From contig CAYODK010000006.1 of NCBI GenBank assembly GCA_964402695.1, positions 2,125 to 66,124 of the forward strand: DNA of 64,000 nt, in the 5' to 3' direction. The notes beneath the pieces are model-generated. The model did not search any database and was not told the origin of the DNA. It saw only the letters and a list, made by a program, of their open reading frames with translations. This DNA comes from an uncultured Verrucomicrobiota bacterium. Its GTDB lineage: Bacteria; Verrucomicrobiota; Kiritimatiellia; PWTM01. The position numbers and the translations under genes are program-made. Each line of letters starts with the position of its first letter. Position 1 is the first letter of the stretch. Shown here piece after piece: positions 1-8,563 of this stretch.

Positions 1-20
1 CGCGTAGAACGTAGACCAGG
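1..20. repeat. Direct repeat, left copy (cgcgtagaacgtagaccagg), upstream of the Phd-VapC cassette
   Basis: A 20-mer at the window edge recurs at 721-750 with one extra gtagaac unit. Confidence 0.6.
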
Positions 21-73
21 CCCCTCTCCCCTTGCCGGCTTGACTTAGTCCGCGGCTTAGTCAGAATCGCGAC

Positions 74-310
74 ATGAGCTCCATCGTGAACGTCCACGAC
101 GCGAAGACGCACCTCTCTCGCCTCCTGGAGCGGGTGCAGCGCGGCGAAGAGGTCGTCATCGGGAAGGGCGGGCGCCCCGTGGCTCGCCTCGTTCCCGTGG
201 AAGGAGCGGCGGAGCCCCGCGTCCCGGGGAGCGCTCGCGGCCGCTTCCAAGTCTCCCGCACCTTCGACACTCCGCTTCCGAAGAAGGTCCTCGACTCGTT
301 CGAGAAGTGA
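74..310 (+). CDS. Type II antitoxin, Phd/YefM family
   Basis: 78 aa with N-terminus MSSIVNVHDAKTHLSRLLERVQRGEEVVI, typical of Phd/YefM. Overlaps the downstream PIN gene by 4 nt (ATGA). Confidence 0.8.
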   Translation: MSSIVNVHDAKTHLSRLLERVQRGEEVVIGKGGRPVARLVPVEGAAEPRVPGSARGRFQVSRTFDTPLPKKVLDSFEK

Positions 311-693
311 AGCTCCTCCTCGACACGCACGCCTTCCTCTGGTGGGTCGGAGACGACGCCCGCCTCTCCGCTCCGGCGCGCGCGGCCATTGCGGATACGG
401 GCAGCGAGGTCTGGTTCAGCGCGGCGAGCGCCTGGGAGCTCGCGATCAAGGCCGGGCTGGGCCGGTTCGAGACGGACGCGCCGCTCCCTCAGTTTCTCGA
501 GGAGCAGACGAGGCGAAACGGCTTCCGCGTCCTGCCGGTCCACGTCTCGCACGCGGCTGCCGTCGCGACGCTGCCGCCGCTCCACCGGGACCCGTTCGAT
601 CGGCTTCTCGTTGCTCAGGCGCAGATGGAGAAGCTGATCCTGGTCTCCCGAGATCGCCTGGTCTCCAGGTACGACGTCGAAATCCTCTGGTGA
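307..693 (+). CDS. vapC: PIN-domain toxin VapC
   Basis: 128 aa, MKLLLDTHAFLWW with conserved acidic residues. Translationally coupled to the Phd gene. Confidence 0.85.
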   Translation: MKLLLDTHAFLWWVGDDARLSAPARAAIADTGSEVWFSAASAWELAIKAGLGRFETDAPLPQFLEEQTRRNGFRVLPVHVSHAAAVATLPPLHRDPFDRLLVAQAQMEKLILVSRDRLVSRYDVEILW

Positions 694-720
694 CGCGCGT
701 TCAGCGCCGCCAGTACCCTC

Positions 721-750
721 CGCGTAGAACGTAGAACGTAGACCAGACCC
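721..750. repeat. Direct repeat, right copy (cgcgtagaacgtagaacgtagaccagaccc)
   Basis: Matches 1-20 and contains a tandem gtagaac unit. Confidence 0.6.
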
Positions 751-780
751 CATCTTCGTCCCCCTCGATTCCCCTCCCCC

Positions 781-2688
781 ATGAAGCCCCTCCTCCTCGC
801 CGTCCCGTTCCTCGCCGCCGCGGCGCTCGCGCTCGGGCTCACGCCCCTCGCGAAGCGGCTCGCCGTGCGCCTCGGGGCGGTGGACGTGCCGAACGAGCGG
901 AAGGTCCACAAGACGCCGATCCCGCGGCTCGGGGGCGTCGCGGTCGTCCTCTCGTTCGCGGCGGTCTGCTCGGCGATGCTCTGGGGCCTCCTCCCCGTGC
1001 CGCGGCCGCTCCTGCCGTCCGTCGTCAACGGCCTCTGCCTCGGCCTCCTCCCGGTCTTCCTCGTCTCCCTCCTCGACGACGTCAAGCCCCAGCGCGCCCT
1101 CCTCCGCCTCGCGGCGCACTCGGCGGGGGCCGTCGTCGTTCTGGCGAGCGGGTTCGTCCTCAACGAGCACGTCCACCTTTTCGGCTCCAGCATCTACCTC
1201 GGCGTCTTCGCCTGGCCCCTCTCCTTCCTCTGGATCGTCGGCCTCACGAACGCCTTCAACCTCATCGACGGCCTCGACGGCCTCTCCGCCGGCCTCGCCT
1301 TCATCTCCTCCGTCAGCCTCGCCGGCGTCTTCCTCATCGCGGGGCGCATCGACATCGCCGTCGTCCCGCTCGCCCTCGCCGGGGCGCTCCTCGGCTTCCT
1401 CCGCTACAACCTCCACCCGGCGTCGGTCTTCCTCGGCGACTCCGGCGCCTGCTCGGTCGGCTTCGTCCTCGCGTGCCTCTGCCTCAAGGGGGGCACGCTC
1501 CTCTCGGCCGGCCTCGCCGTCCTCGTCCCGGTCCTCATCGTCGGCGTCCCGCTCGCCGACACCCTCCTCTCCATCGTCCGGCGCGTCCTCAAGCGGGTCG
1601 ACTCCACCACCGGCCTCGGCGTCATGGACGCCGACCGGGGCCACATCCACCACAAGCTCCTCGGCCTCGGCGTCACCCAGCGCCGGGCCGTCCTCGTCCT
1701 CTACGCCTGCGCCCTCGCCGGCGTGGCCGTCGCCTTCGGCTCCCTCTTCCTCTCGGCCACCGGCTCGGCCCTCTTCCTCCTCGCGCTCCTCGGCGCGGCC
1801 TTCGTCGGCATCTCCCGCCTCGGGTACGACGAGCTCTCCGTCATCCGCAAGGGGACGGTCCTCCGCCTCTACGACCTCCCCGCGCTGAAGACCGGCTTCT
1901 TCGTCGTCTTCGCCGACCTCCTCATGGCCGTCACGGCGCTCTACCTCGCCATCGGCCTCAAGTGGGACGACTGGGGCCTCACCACGCACCGCCGCCTCGC
2001 CCTCGAGCTCGGCGCGGCCGTCCCGGCGCTCGTCTTCGCCACCTTCCACCTCTTCGGCCTCTACAAGGGACGCTGGCGCCACGCCACCATCGAGGACTTC
2101 CTCCGCCCCACGGCCGCGGCGCTCCTCACCGGCCTCGGCGCCGCCCTCGTCGACGCCTTCGCCATCGGCTCGAACGCCCCCTTCTCCTTCTTCGTCGTCT
2201 TCACCCTCCTCCTCCTCATCCTCGCGAACGGAAGCCGCAGCTCGTACCGCCTCCTCGCCTACTGGCGCGCGAAGGTCTCCACCCCCGGCGTCCCCGTCCT
2301 CCTCTACGGCGCCGGCCGGCGCGGCTCCATGGCCGTCCGCGAGTTGACGGCCTACGCGAACGCCCCTCTCCGCCCCGTCGGCTTCCTCGACGACGACCCC
2401 GACAAGGCGGGCCTCTTCCTGAACGGCGTCCCCGTCGTCGGCACCCTCGCCGACCTCGAGGCCCTCGTCGAGCGCTACGGCGCCCGCGGCGTCGTCGTCA
2501 CGAGCCCCAAGATCCCGCCCGAGGTCGTCGACCTCGTGGAAGAGGCCTGCGCCGTCGCGGGCATCTCCTTCTTCCACTTCAACGTCTCCTTCGAGGGGAC
2601 GCTCCTCGCGCGGCGCACCGAGACCTCCTCGACCCCCGCCGCCGGCCCGGTCCACTCCGCAAGGCCATTCGCGCCGCCGCCGCGCTGA
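781..2688 (+). CDS. MraY/WecA-type polyprenyl-phosphate hexosamine-1-phosphate transferase (Pfam Glycos_transf_4), fused to extra TM helices and a C-terminal Rossmann/CoA-binding-like domain
   Basis: Contains the motifs LLDDVKP and NAFNLIDGLDGL with multiple TM segments. The C-terminal LLYGAGRRG...VGFLDDDP resembles the N-terminal CoA_binding_3 region of WbaP-like transferases. Confidence 0.75.
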   Translation: MKPLLLAVPFLAAAALALGLTPLAKRLAVRLGAVDVPNERKVHKTPIPRLGGVAVVLSFAAVCSAMLWGLLPVPRPLLPSVVNGLCLGLLPVFLVSLLDDVKPQRALLRLAAHSAGAVVVLASGFVLNEHVHLFGSSIYLGVFAWPLSFLWIVGLTNAFNLIDGLDGLSAGLAFISSVSLAGVFLIAGRIDIAVVPLALAGALLGFLRYNLHPASVFLGDSGACSVGFVLACLCLKGGTLLSAGLAVLVPVLIVGVPLADTLLSIVRRVLKRVDSTTGLGVMDADRGHIHHKLLGLGVTQRRAVLVLYACALAGVAVAFGSLFLSATGSALFLLALLGAAFVGISRLGYDELSVIRKGTVLRLYDLPALKTGFFVVFADLLMAVTALYLAIGLKWDDWGLTTHRRLALELGAAVPALVFATFHLFGLYKGRWRHATIEDFLRPTAAALLTGLGAALVDAFAIGSNAPFSFFVVFTLLLLILANGSRSSYRLLAYWRAKVSTPGVPVLLYGAGRRGSMAVRELTAYANAPLRPVGFLDDDPDKAGLFLNGVPVVGTLADLEALVERYGARGVVVTSPKIPPEVVDLVEEACAVAGISFFHFNVSFEGTLLARRTETSSTPAAGPVHSARPFAPPPR

Positions 2689-2751
2689 AGCGGGCGCTCC
2701 CCGGCTGGCCCCGCCCTGAACGATAATCAGCTCCCCTAAGGAGGAAGACAG

Positions 2752-3417
2752 ATGAAGCGGTCTCCGGTCCTCGTCCTCGTGGCCCTCTTTGCGCTCGCCG
2801 CGGCCCTCCCGGCCGCCGCCCAGGAAGGCCTCTGGATCGGTGTCAAGGCGGGCTACGGCGCTCCCAGCCCGAGCGTCTCGACCGACCTCCAGATCCTGAA
2901 GGGGACGGACAACTCCGGCGGCTTCGTCGGCGGCCTCGCCGTCGAGGGGGGCTGGTGGAAGAACCTCACCGTCGAGGGCGAGGTCCTCTACGTCCGCCGC
3001 GAGGCCGAGAACACCTACTTCGGCGACTACAGCGACCACGGCGTCTACCAGGGCGACGTGAGGGCCGACTACACCTTCACGACGCTCGAGATCCCCCTGC
3101 ACCTGAAGTACGCCTTCTCCGCCGGCGCGACGACCCCGTTCGTCACCGCGGGCTTCGTCACGACCGTCCCGCTCGACATCGAGTCGAAGAACTACGCCGG
3201 CTCCTCCACGATGACGGAGGACGCGAAGGACCAGTTCAAGGACGCGTGGTTCTCCCTCGAGGTCGGCGCCGGCCTCGAGCACAAGCTCTCCGGCGACGTC
3301 GGCCTCTCCCTCGACCTCCGCTACCTCTTCGCCGTCACGGACTCGGCCGCCGTGGGCGGGGACGACTGGAAGATGCGGGACCTGAGGGTACTGGCCGGGA
3401 TGAAGTTCGGGCTGTAG
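2752..3417 (+). CDS. Outer-membrane beta-barrel protein (OmpA-like/porin family)
   Basis: Signal peptide MKRSPVLVLVALFALAAALPAAAQ and alternating beta-strand pattern. The strong SD aaggagga lies 8 nt upstream. Confidence 0.65.
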   Translation: MKRSPVLVLVALFALAAALPAAAQEGLWIGVKAGYGAPSPSVSTDLQILKGTDNSGGFVGGLAVEGGWWKNLTVEGEVLYVRREAENTYFGDYSDHGVYQGDVRADYTFTTLEIPLHLKYAFSAGATTPFVTAGFVTTVPLDIESKNYAGSSTMTEDAKDQFKDAWFSLEVGAGLEHKLSGDVGLSLDLRYLFAVTDSAAVGGDDWKMRDLRVLAGMKFGL

Positions 3418-3430
3418 GGGGGGGAGAGCT

Positions 3431-3826
3431 TTGAGAACAGCGTACGGCCCCGAGCGCCGATTCGGCCTGGCGGTAGGCGGGATCTTCGCGCTCCTCGGCT
3501 GCTGGTGGCTCTTTCGCCAGAAGTTCGGCCTGATCGGTCCGGCTCTCGCTGTGTGCGGCGGACTCCTCGTATTCTTAGGAGGTTTTTCGCCCCGTTTCCT
3601 CGTTCGCCCAAATCAGTGCTGGATGAGGTTCGCCGAAGCGCTTTCCTTCGCCATGACGAGGATCGTCCTGTTTCTCGTCTTCATTCTCGCTGTGACGCCC
3701 ATCGGTTTCCTTCGTCGGCTTTTCGGCGGTGACCCCTTGCGTCGCAGGTCCGCTCCCGCGGGGAGCCACTGGCACCAGTATCCCGAACGGATCCGCGACT
3801 CCCGCCACTACGAGAAAATGTATTGA
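3431..3826 (+). CDS. SxtJ-family small membrane protein
   Basis: 131 aa with two TM helices. The sequence pattern and genomic context (DUF5989 and carbamoyltransferase next to it) fit the SxtJ family. Confidence 0.65.
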   Translation: MRTAYGPERRFGLAVGGIFALLGCWWLFRQKFGLIGPALAVCGGLLVFLGGFSPRFLVRPNQCWMRFAEALSFAMTRIVLFLVFILAVTPIGFLRRLFGGDPLRRRSAPAGSHWHQYPERIRDSRHYEKMY

Positions 3827-3832
3827 GGAGCA

Positions 3833-3991
3833 ATGTCGAAGCTGCGAGTCGCGTCCGAGTTCTGGGAGTTCCTGCGGCATAACAAGAAGTACTGGTTGGC
3901 GCCGATCTTCATCGTCCTCCTCCTCGTCGGTCTCCTTCTCGTCATGGCGAAAGGCTCGGCGGTCGCCCCGTTCATCTACACCCTCTTCTAG
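3833..3991 (+). CDS. DUF5989 small membrane protein
   Basis: 52 aa, MSKLRVASEFWEFLRHNKKYWLAPIFIVLLLVGLLLVMAKGSAVAPFIYTLF. It falls below the 60-aa cutoff of the ORF track. It matches the DUF5989 consensus closely. Confidence 0.7.
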   Translation: MSKLRVASEFWEFLRHNKKYWLAPIFIVLLLVGLLLVMAKGSAVAPFIYTLF

Positions 3992-3992
3992 T

Positions 3993-5917
3993 CTGACGAG
4001 CGTCCTCGGCCTCTCGGCCTACTACCACGACTCTGCGGCATACCTCGTCGTCGATGGCGAGATCGTCGCCGCGACGCAGGAAGAGCGCTTCAGCCGCGTC
4101 AAACACGACCATCGCTTCCCGGCACACGCCGTCGCGTACTGCCTGAAGGAGGCGAGACTTCGCCCTGGCCGGCTCGACCTCGTCGGCTTCTACGACAAGC
4201 CTCTCGTGAAGTTCGAGCGGCTCCTGAAGACCTACCTCGACTACGGACCGCGCGGCTTTTCCTCCTTCGTCAGGGCGATGCCGCTCTGGATGAAGGAGAA
4301 GCTCTGGCTGCCGGATCTCGTTCCGCAGGAGATCGCCCTGGCGTACGGCGCGACGGACGAGCGGGAAGCGAAGAAGGCAGCCCGGAACTACCCGTGGAAG
4401 GTCTCCTTCGGAGACCATCACGAAAGCCATGCCGCCTCGGCGTTCTACCCGTCCCCCTTCGAGGAGGCGGCCATCGTGACGATGGACGGCGTCGGCGAGT
4501 GGGCCACCTCGTCCATCGGCGTCGGCCGCGGATCTGACCTCACCCTCCTCGAGGAGCTGCGCTTCCCGGACAGTCTCGGCCTGCTCTACAGCGCGTTCAC
4601 CTATTACGCAGGTCTCAAGGTCAACAGCGGCGAGTACAAGGTTATGGGGCTCGCGCCCTACGGTGAGCCGAAGTACGTCGGCCTCATCCGGGAAGAGCTC
4701 CTTGACGTCGCGGACGACGGCTCCGTGAAGCTGAACCAGGAGTACTTCGGCTACGCCGACGGTCTCCGGATGACGAACACCGCCTTCGAGCGGCTCTTCG
4801 GGGGGCCGGCGCGCGAGCCGGAAACGAAGCTGACGCAGAAGGAGCTTGATCTGGCGCGCTCGATCCAGGACGTGACCGAGGAGGTCATGGTCCGGATGGC
4901 CCGATTCGCGCACCGGAAGACCGGTCTCCGCAAGCTCTGTATGGCGGGAGGTGTCGCGCTCAACTGTGTCGGAAACGGCAAGATCCTTCGCGACGGCACG
5001 TTCACCGACATCTGGGTCCAGCCGGCTGCCGGCGACGCGGGGGGCGCCGTGGGCATCGCCCTCGCGCTCTGGCACCGCTCTGCCTCGGGAAGCCGCGGAC
5101 GAGCCCTGAGCGGGCTGGGACCTGGGAATCGGCCTCCGCGGCCGACGGAAGGCTTCCGAAGTACGCCGACGGCATGCGGGGCGCCTCTCTCGGCCCGCGG
5201 CACACCGAGAAGGAGATCGAGGCCTTCCTGAAGGGCCGGAACCTCCCCTACCGGCGAGTGCCGCGGGAGGAGCTGGCCTGTCACGTCGCAGGCCTTCTCG
5301 CGGCAGAGAAGGTCGTCGGCCTGCACCAGGGCCGCATGGAGTTCGGTCCGCGGGCCCTCGGCGGCCGAAGCATCCTCGGAGACGCCCGGTCTCCGCGAAT
5401 GCAGGCCGTCATGAACCTGAAGGTCAAGTTCCGCGAGAGCTTCGGCCCGTTCGCCCCGACGGTGATGCGTGAGCACGTCGCCGACTGGTTCGAGCTGGAT
5501 GTCGAGAGTCCCTAAATGCTCCTCGTGGCCGGCATCGCGCGGTCCCGCCGAAGGGAGATGACGCCGGAGGAGGACGCGCTCTGGGGCATCGAGAAGCTCA
5601 ACGTCGTGCGGAGCGAGGTTCCTGCCGTGACGCACGTCGACTACTCCGCGCGAGTCCAAACGGTGCGGCGGGACGTGAACCCGCTCTACTGGGACATCCT
5701 CGAGGCCTTTCGGCGGGAGACCGGGTGCCCCGTGATCGTGAACACGAGCTTCAACGTGCGGGGAGAGCCGATCGTCTGCACCCCGGAAGACAGCTGGCGC
5801 TGCTTCATGCGCACCCGGATGGACGCGCTCGTCCTCGAGAACTACGTCCTCGACAAGGAAGCGCAAACCGAGTACGCCGAGACGGAGGACTGGGCGCGGA
5901 CGTTCAAGCTCGATTGA
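3993..5917 (+). pseudogene. Carbamoyltransferase (NodU/CmcH family) pseudogene
   Basis: The conserved N-terminus begins at CTG (LTSVLGLSAYYHDSAA) with no in-frame ATG, GTG or TTG. There is a -1 frameshift near 5080 and an in-frame TAA at 5513-5515, where the intact paralog (32839-34599) has Phe. The three pieces at 3993-5100, 5174-5515 and 5516-5917 align collinearly to the paralog. Confidence 0.75.
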
Positions 5918-5976
5918 GCGGACGCAGACGCGGTCGTCCCAAGCCAGGTAGACCAGGCACCCAGTGAGAGCCTGAG

Positions 5977-7098
5977 ATGGACAGTTCGGTGCCGCCGGCA
6001 CGGGCGAGGGATGGCGATCGGCTGTCGACAGCCGAAAGGAGGGGGCTGTCCTCCCAATGGAGGGTTCTCGTCGGCGTAGCGCTTGCGCTCCTCGCGGGTG
6101 AGGCTCTCAGTCGGGGCACCGTGCACTTCCAGTACGCGTGGGACGCGGACCTCGGCCACATCGCCGAGCCGGGTACCCGCTTCAGGAAGTGGGGCGAGGG
6201 GAGCGGATCTGGCGAGATTTCGCGGCACGGTACCCGCGCCTCCGAGGGCGCGTCGGCCGCGGTCGCGAGTCGAACCCAGGTTCTCGTTCTCGGGGACTCC
6301 TTCTCCGAGGCCTACCAGGTCCGCGACGATGAGCTCTTCAGCAACCGGCTCGCTGGTCTGCTCGAAGGCCACGGCGTGCACGTCCAGGTCACGAACGCGG
6401 GGCGCTCCGGGTACTCGATGGCGGACTACGTTTGCAGGACGCCGGTCTTTCGTCGCCTCTTCTCCCCCTCGTGGGTCGTCGTCCAGCTCAACGAGTGGGA
6501 CTTTGACGGGGATGCGTTCGACGAGAATACCCGGCTCGCCCGCTTCCGGCGGAACGGCGAAGAGATCGCTTGCGTTCCGCCGGCCCTCGGGCCGGCCCCG
6601 CGGCGACGCGGCGGCCCGCGAGAGCTCGCGCACGCGCTTCGTTCGCGATTCACTTTGCCCGACAGGCTCCTCGAGAGCCTCCGCGCCCGCATTGCCGCCG
6701 ACAGGTCGGGGCAGCCGCTCTTCTTGGCGGGACAGATGCCCCGCGACAGTCCCGAGGAGGCGCCGAAGCATGCGGTCCCGATCCGGGAAGAGCTCGCCCT
6801 CTTACGTTCGGCGTGGGGCTCCCGCCTGACGCTGCTCTATCTTCCCGCGGTCGATCCGGCCCGTCCGCTAACCCGCGAATCGCTCGAGGTCCGGGTCGAA
6901 GCCGCCGCGCGCGAGCTAGGGATCCGGTATCGCTCGCTCCGTGAGGAGCTCCCCGCTCTCCTGGCGGAACGGAAGCTGCCGTACGGCTTCTCCAATACTC
7001 GCCTGAACGTCGGCCACATGAACCGGGACGGGCATGCGGCCGCGGCTCGCGTCCTCCACCGGGAGTTCCTAGAGCTCCGCGCGAATGGTCTTCTCTAG
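5977..7098 (+). CDS. Membrane-anchored SGNH-hydrolase-fold protein (AlgX/AlgJ/PatB-like polysaccharide O-acetyltransferase partner)
   Basis: Has the GDS block LVLGDSFSEAY, a Gly block NAGRSGYS and a DxxH-like NRDGH block. It lies immediately upstream of the MBOAT gene. Confidence 0.65.
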   Translation: MDSSVPPARARDGDRLSTAERRGLSSQWRVLVGVALALLAGEALSRGTVHFQYAWDADLGHIAEPGTRFRKWGEGSGSGEISRHGTRASEGASAAVASRTQVLVLGDSFSEAYQVRDDELFSNRLAGLLEGHGVHVQVTNAGRSGYSMADYVCRTPVFRRLFSPSWVVVQLNEWDFDGDAFDENTRLARFRRNGEEIACVPPALGPAPRRRGGPRELAHALRSRFTLPDRLLESLRARIAADRSGQPLFLAGQMPRDSPEEAPKHAVPIREELALLRSAWGSRLTLLYLPAVDPARPLTRESLEVRVEAAARELGIRYRSLREELPALLAERKLPYGFSNTRLNVGHMNRDGHAAAARVLHREFLELRANGLL

Positions 7099-8563
7099 CC
7101 CGCGGTTCATTCTCTTCCTGGTAGCCGTGCTCGTCGTCCTCTCGCTCCTGCGAGGGGTCGGCGCGAAGAAGCACTTCCTGGCCGTCGCCTCGTCCGTCTT
7201 CTACGCCGCCTGGGACTGGAGATACCTGGGACTCCTCCTGGGCATAAGCGTGATCGACTACTGGGCGGCGGACCGCATCTCGAGCACCGATCGTCCCGGA
7301 GCCCGCAAGGCGTGGCTTCTCGTCAGCGTCGTCTCGAACCTCGGGACGCTCGCCTACTTCAAGTATTGCAACTTCTTCATCGAGAACGTGAACGCGTTGC
7401 TCGGCCCCTTGGGCGTGTCGCTGCCGGTCCTGAACATCCTCCTGCCGGCCGGGATCAGCTTCTACACGTTCAAGACGATGAGCTACACGATCGACGTCTA
7501 TCGGCGGGAGCTCGCACCTTGCCGGTCATGGCTCGACTACGCGACGTTCGTCACCTTCTTCCCGGAGCTGATCGCGGGACCGATCGTGCGGGCGTCGATC
7601 TTCCTCCCGCAGATGGGCCGGGACGTCGGGCCGACTCGGAAGCGTCTGTCCGTGGGCGTGACGATCTTCCTGCAGGGACTGTTCAAGAAGCTCGTCCTCG
7701 CCGATCGGCTCGCCTCAGTGGCGGATCCCGTCTTCGCGGATCCCGCCATGCACTCTCCGGCCGCGGTCTGGTTCGGTCTCCTCGCCTACTCCCTGCAGAT
7801 CTACTGCGACTTCTCGGCGTACTCGGACATGGCCATTGGCACGGCGAAGATGATCGGGTACGACCTCCCCGAGAACTTCAACATGCCGTATCTCGCCACG
7901 AACATCACCGACTTCTGGCGACGCTGGCACATGACGCTCAGCAGCTGGCTGCGCGACTACCTCTACATCCCGCTCGGTGGCAATCGACACGGTACTGCGC
8001 GGACATACGTGAACCTCACCGCGACGATGCTGCTCGGCGGTCTCTGGCATGGAGCGAGCTGGAACTTCGTCCTCTGGGGCGGACTGCACGGGGCGGGCCT
8101 CGCCTTCCACAAGTGGCTCGTGAGCCATAGACGAGGTCAACGGGCCCTTCCGACCTGGGCAGGCCGCGTCGTGACCCTTCTCTTTGTCGTCGTGGCCTGG
8201 GTGCCTTTCCGGTCGACGTCGTGGGCCTCGACTCGCATGATTTTCGCCCGCCTCGTCGGGCTCGACGCCGGGGGCTTCGCGTGGTGGCCGTTCTGGCTCT
8301 TCGCCTGCGGGCTCGTCGTCGCAGCCGGTCACGTCTTCGGGGCGATCGTCCTGGAACGCTGGCGGCAGGCAGGGGGGCTGCCGGCCCACCCCGGCCTCCT
8401 CGCCCGATTGGGCTTCGGCCTCAGCGATCAGGGTGTTTCGGGGCCGTATCTCCTCGCCACGCGGTCGGGCGTCTCGTCGGCGTTCGTCCTCGCGTTCCTC
8501 GTCATCGTCCTCCTCCTCTTCGGCGAGACGAAGACCAACCCGTTCATCTACTTCCAGTTCTGA
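7085..8563 (+). CDS. MBOAT family O-acyltransferase (AlgI/PatA/DltB-like)
   Basis: 492 aa, multi-TM. The conserved WRRWHMTLSSWLRDYLYIPLGGNR motif contains the catalytic His. Confidence 0.85.
   Translation: MVFSSPRFILFLVAVLVVLSLLRGVGAKKHFLAVASSVFYAAWDWRYLGLLLGISVIDYWAADRISSTDRPGARKAWLLVSVVSNLGTLAYFKYCNFFIENVNALLGPLGVSLPVLNILLPAGISFYTFKTMSYTIDVYRRELAPCRSWLDYATFVTFFPELIAGPIVRASIFLPQMGRDVGPTRKRLSVGVTIFLQGLFKKLVLADRLASVADPVFADPAMHSPAAVWFGLLAYSLQIYCDFSAYSDMAIGTAKMIGYDLPENFNMPYLATNITDFWRRWHMTLSSWLRDYLYIPLGGNRHGTARTYVNLTATMLLGGLWHGASWNFVLWGGLHGAGLAFHKWLVSHRRGQRALPTWAGRVVTLLFVVVAWVPFRSTSWASTRMIFARLVGLDAGGFAWWPFWLFACGLVVAAGHVFGAIVLERWRQAGGLPAHPGLLARLGFGLSDQGVSGPYLLATRSGVSSAFVLAFLVIVLLLFGETKTNPFIYFQF

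Noticed and set aside
1473-2726. 417-aa Pro/Arg-rich alternate-frame ORF.
   Set aside because: It lies in the +2 frame of the WecA-like gene. It is a pure low-complexity GC artefact.
61-3282. 1073-aa minus-strand ORF spanning the TA pair, the initiating transferase and the OMP gene. Similar giant antisense or alternate-frame ORFs occur at 38624-41086 (-), 42003-44189 (-), 45069-48428 (-), 53199-56909 (+) and 47546-49759 (+).
   Set aside because: The products are low-complexity Arg/Gly/Pro/Asp-rich with no domain signatures. They lie antisense to genes with clear family motifs and arise from stop-codon scarcity at roughly 70% GC.
3729-3992. Upstream extension of the carbamoyltransferase frame to the ATG at 3729.
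   Set aside because: It would overlap the SxtJ-family and DUF5989 genes out of frame for 260 nt. The conserved N-terminus starts at 3993.
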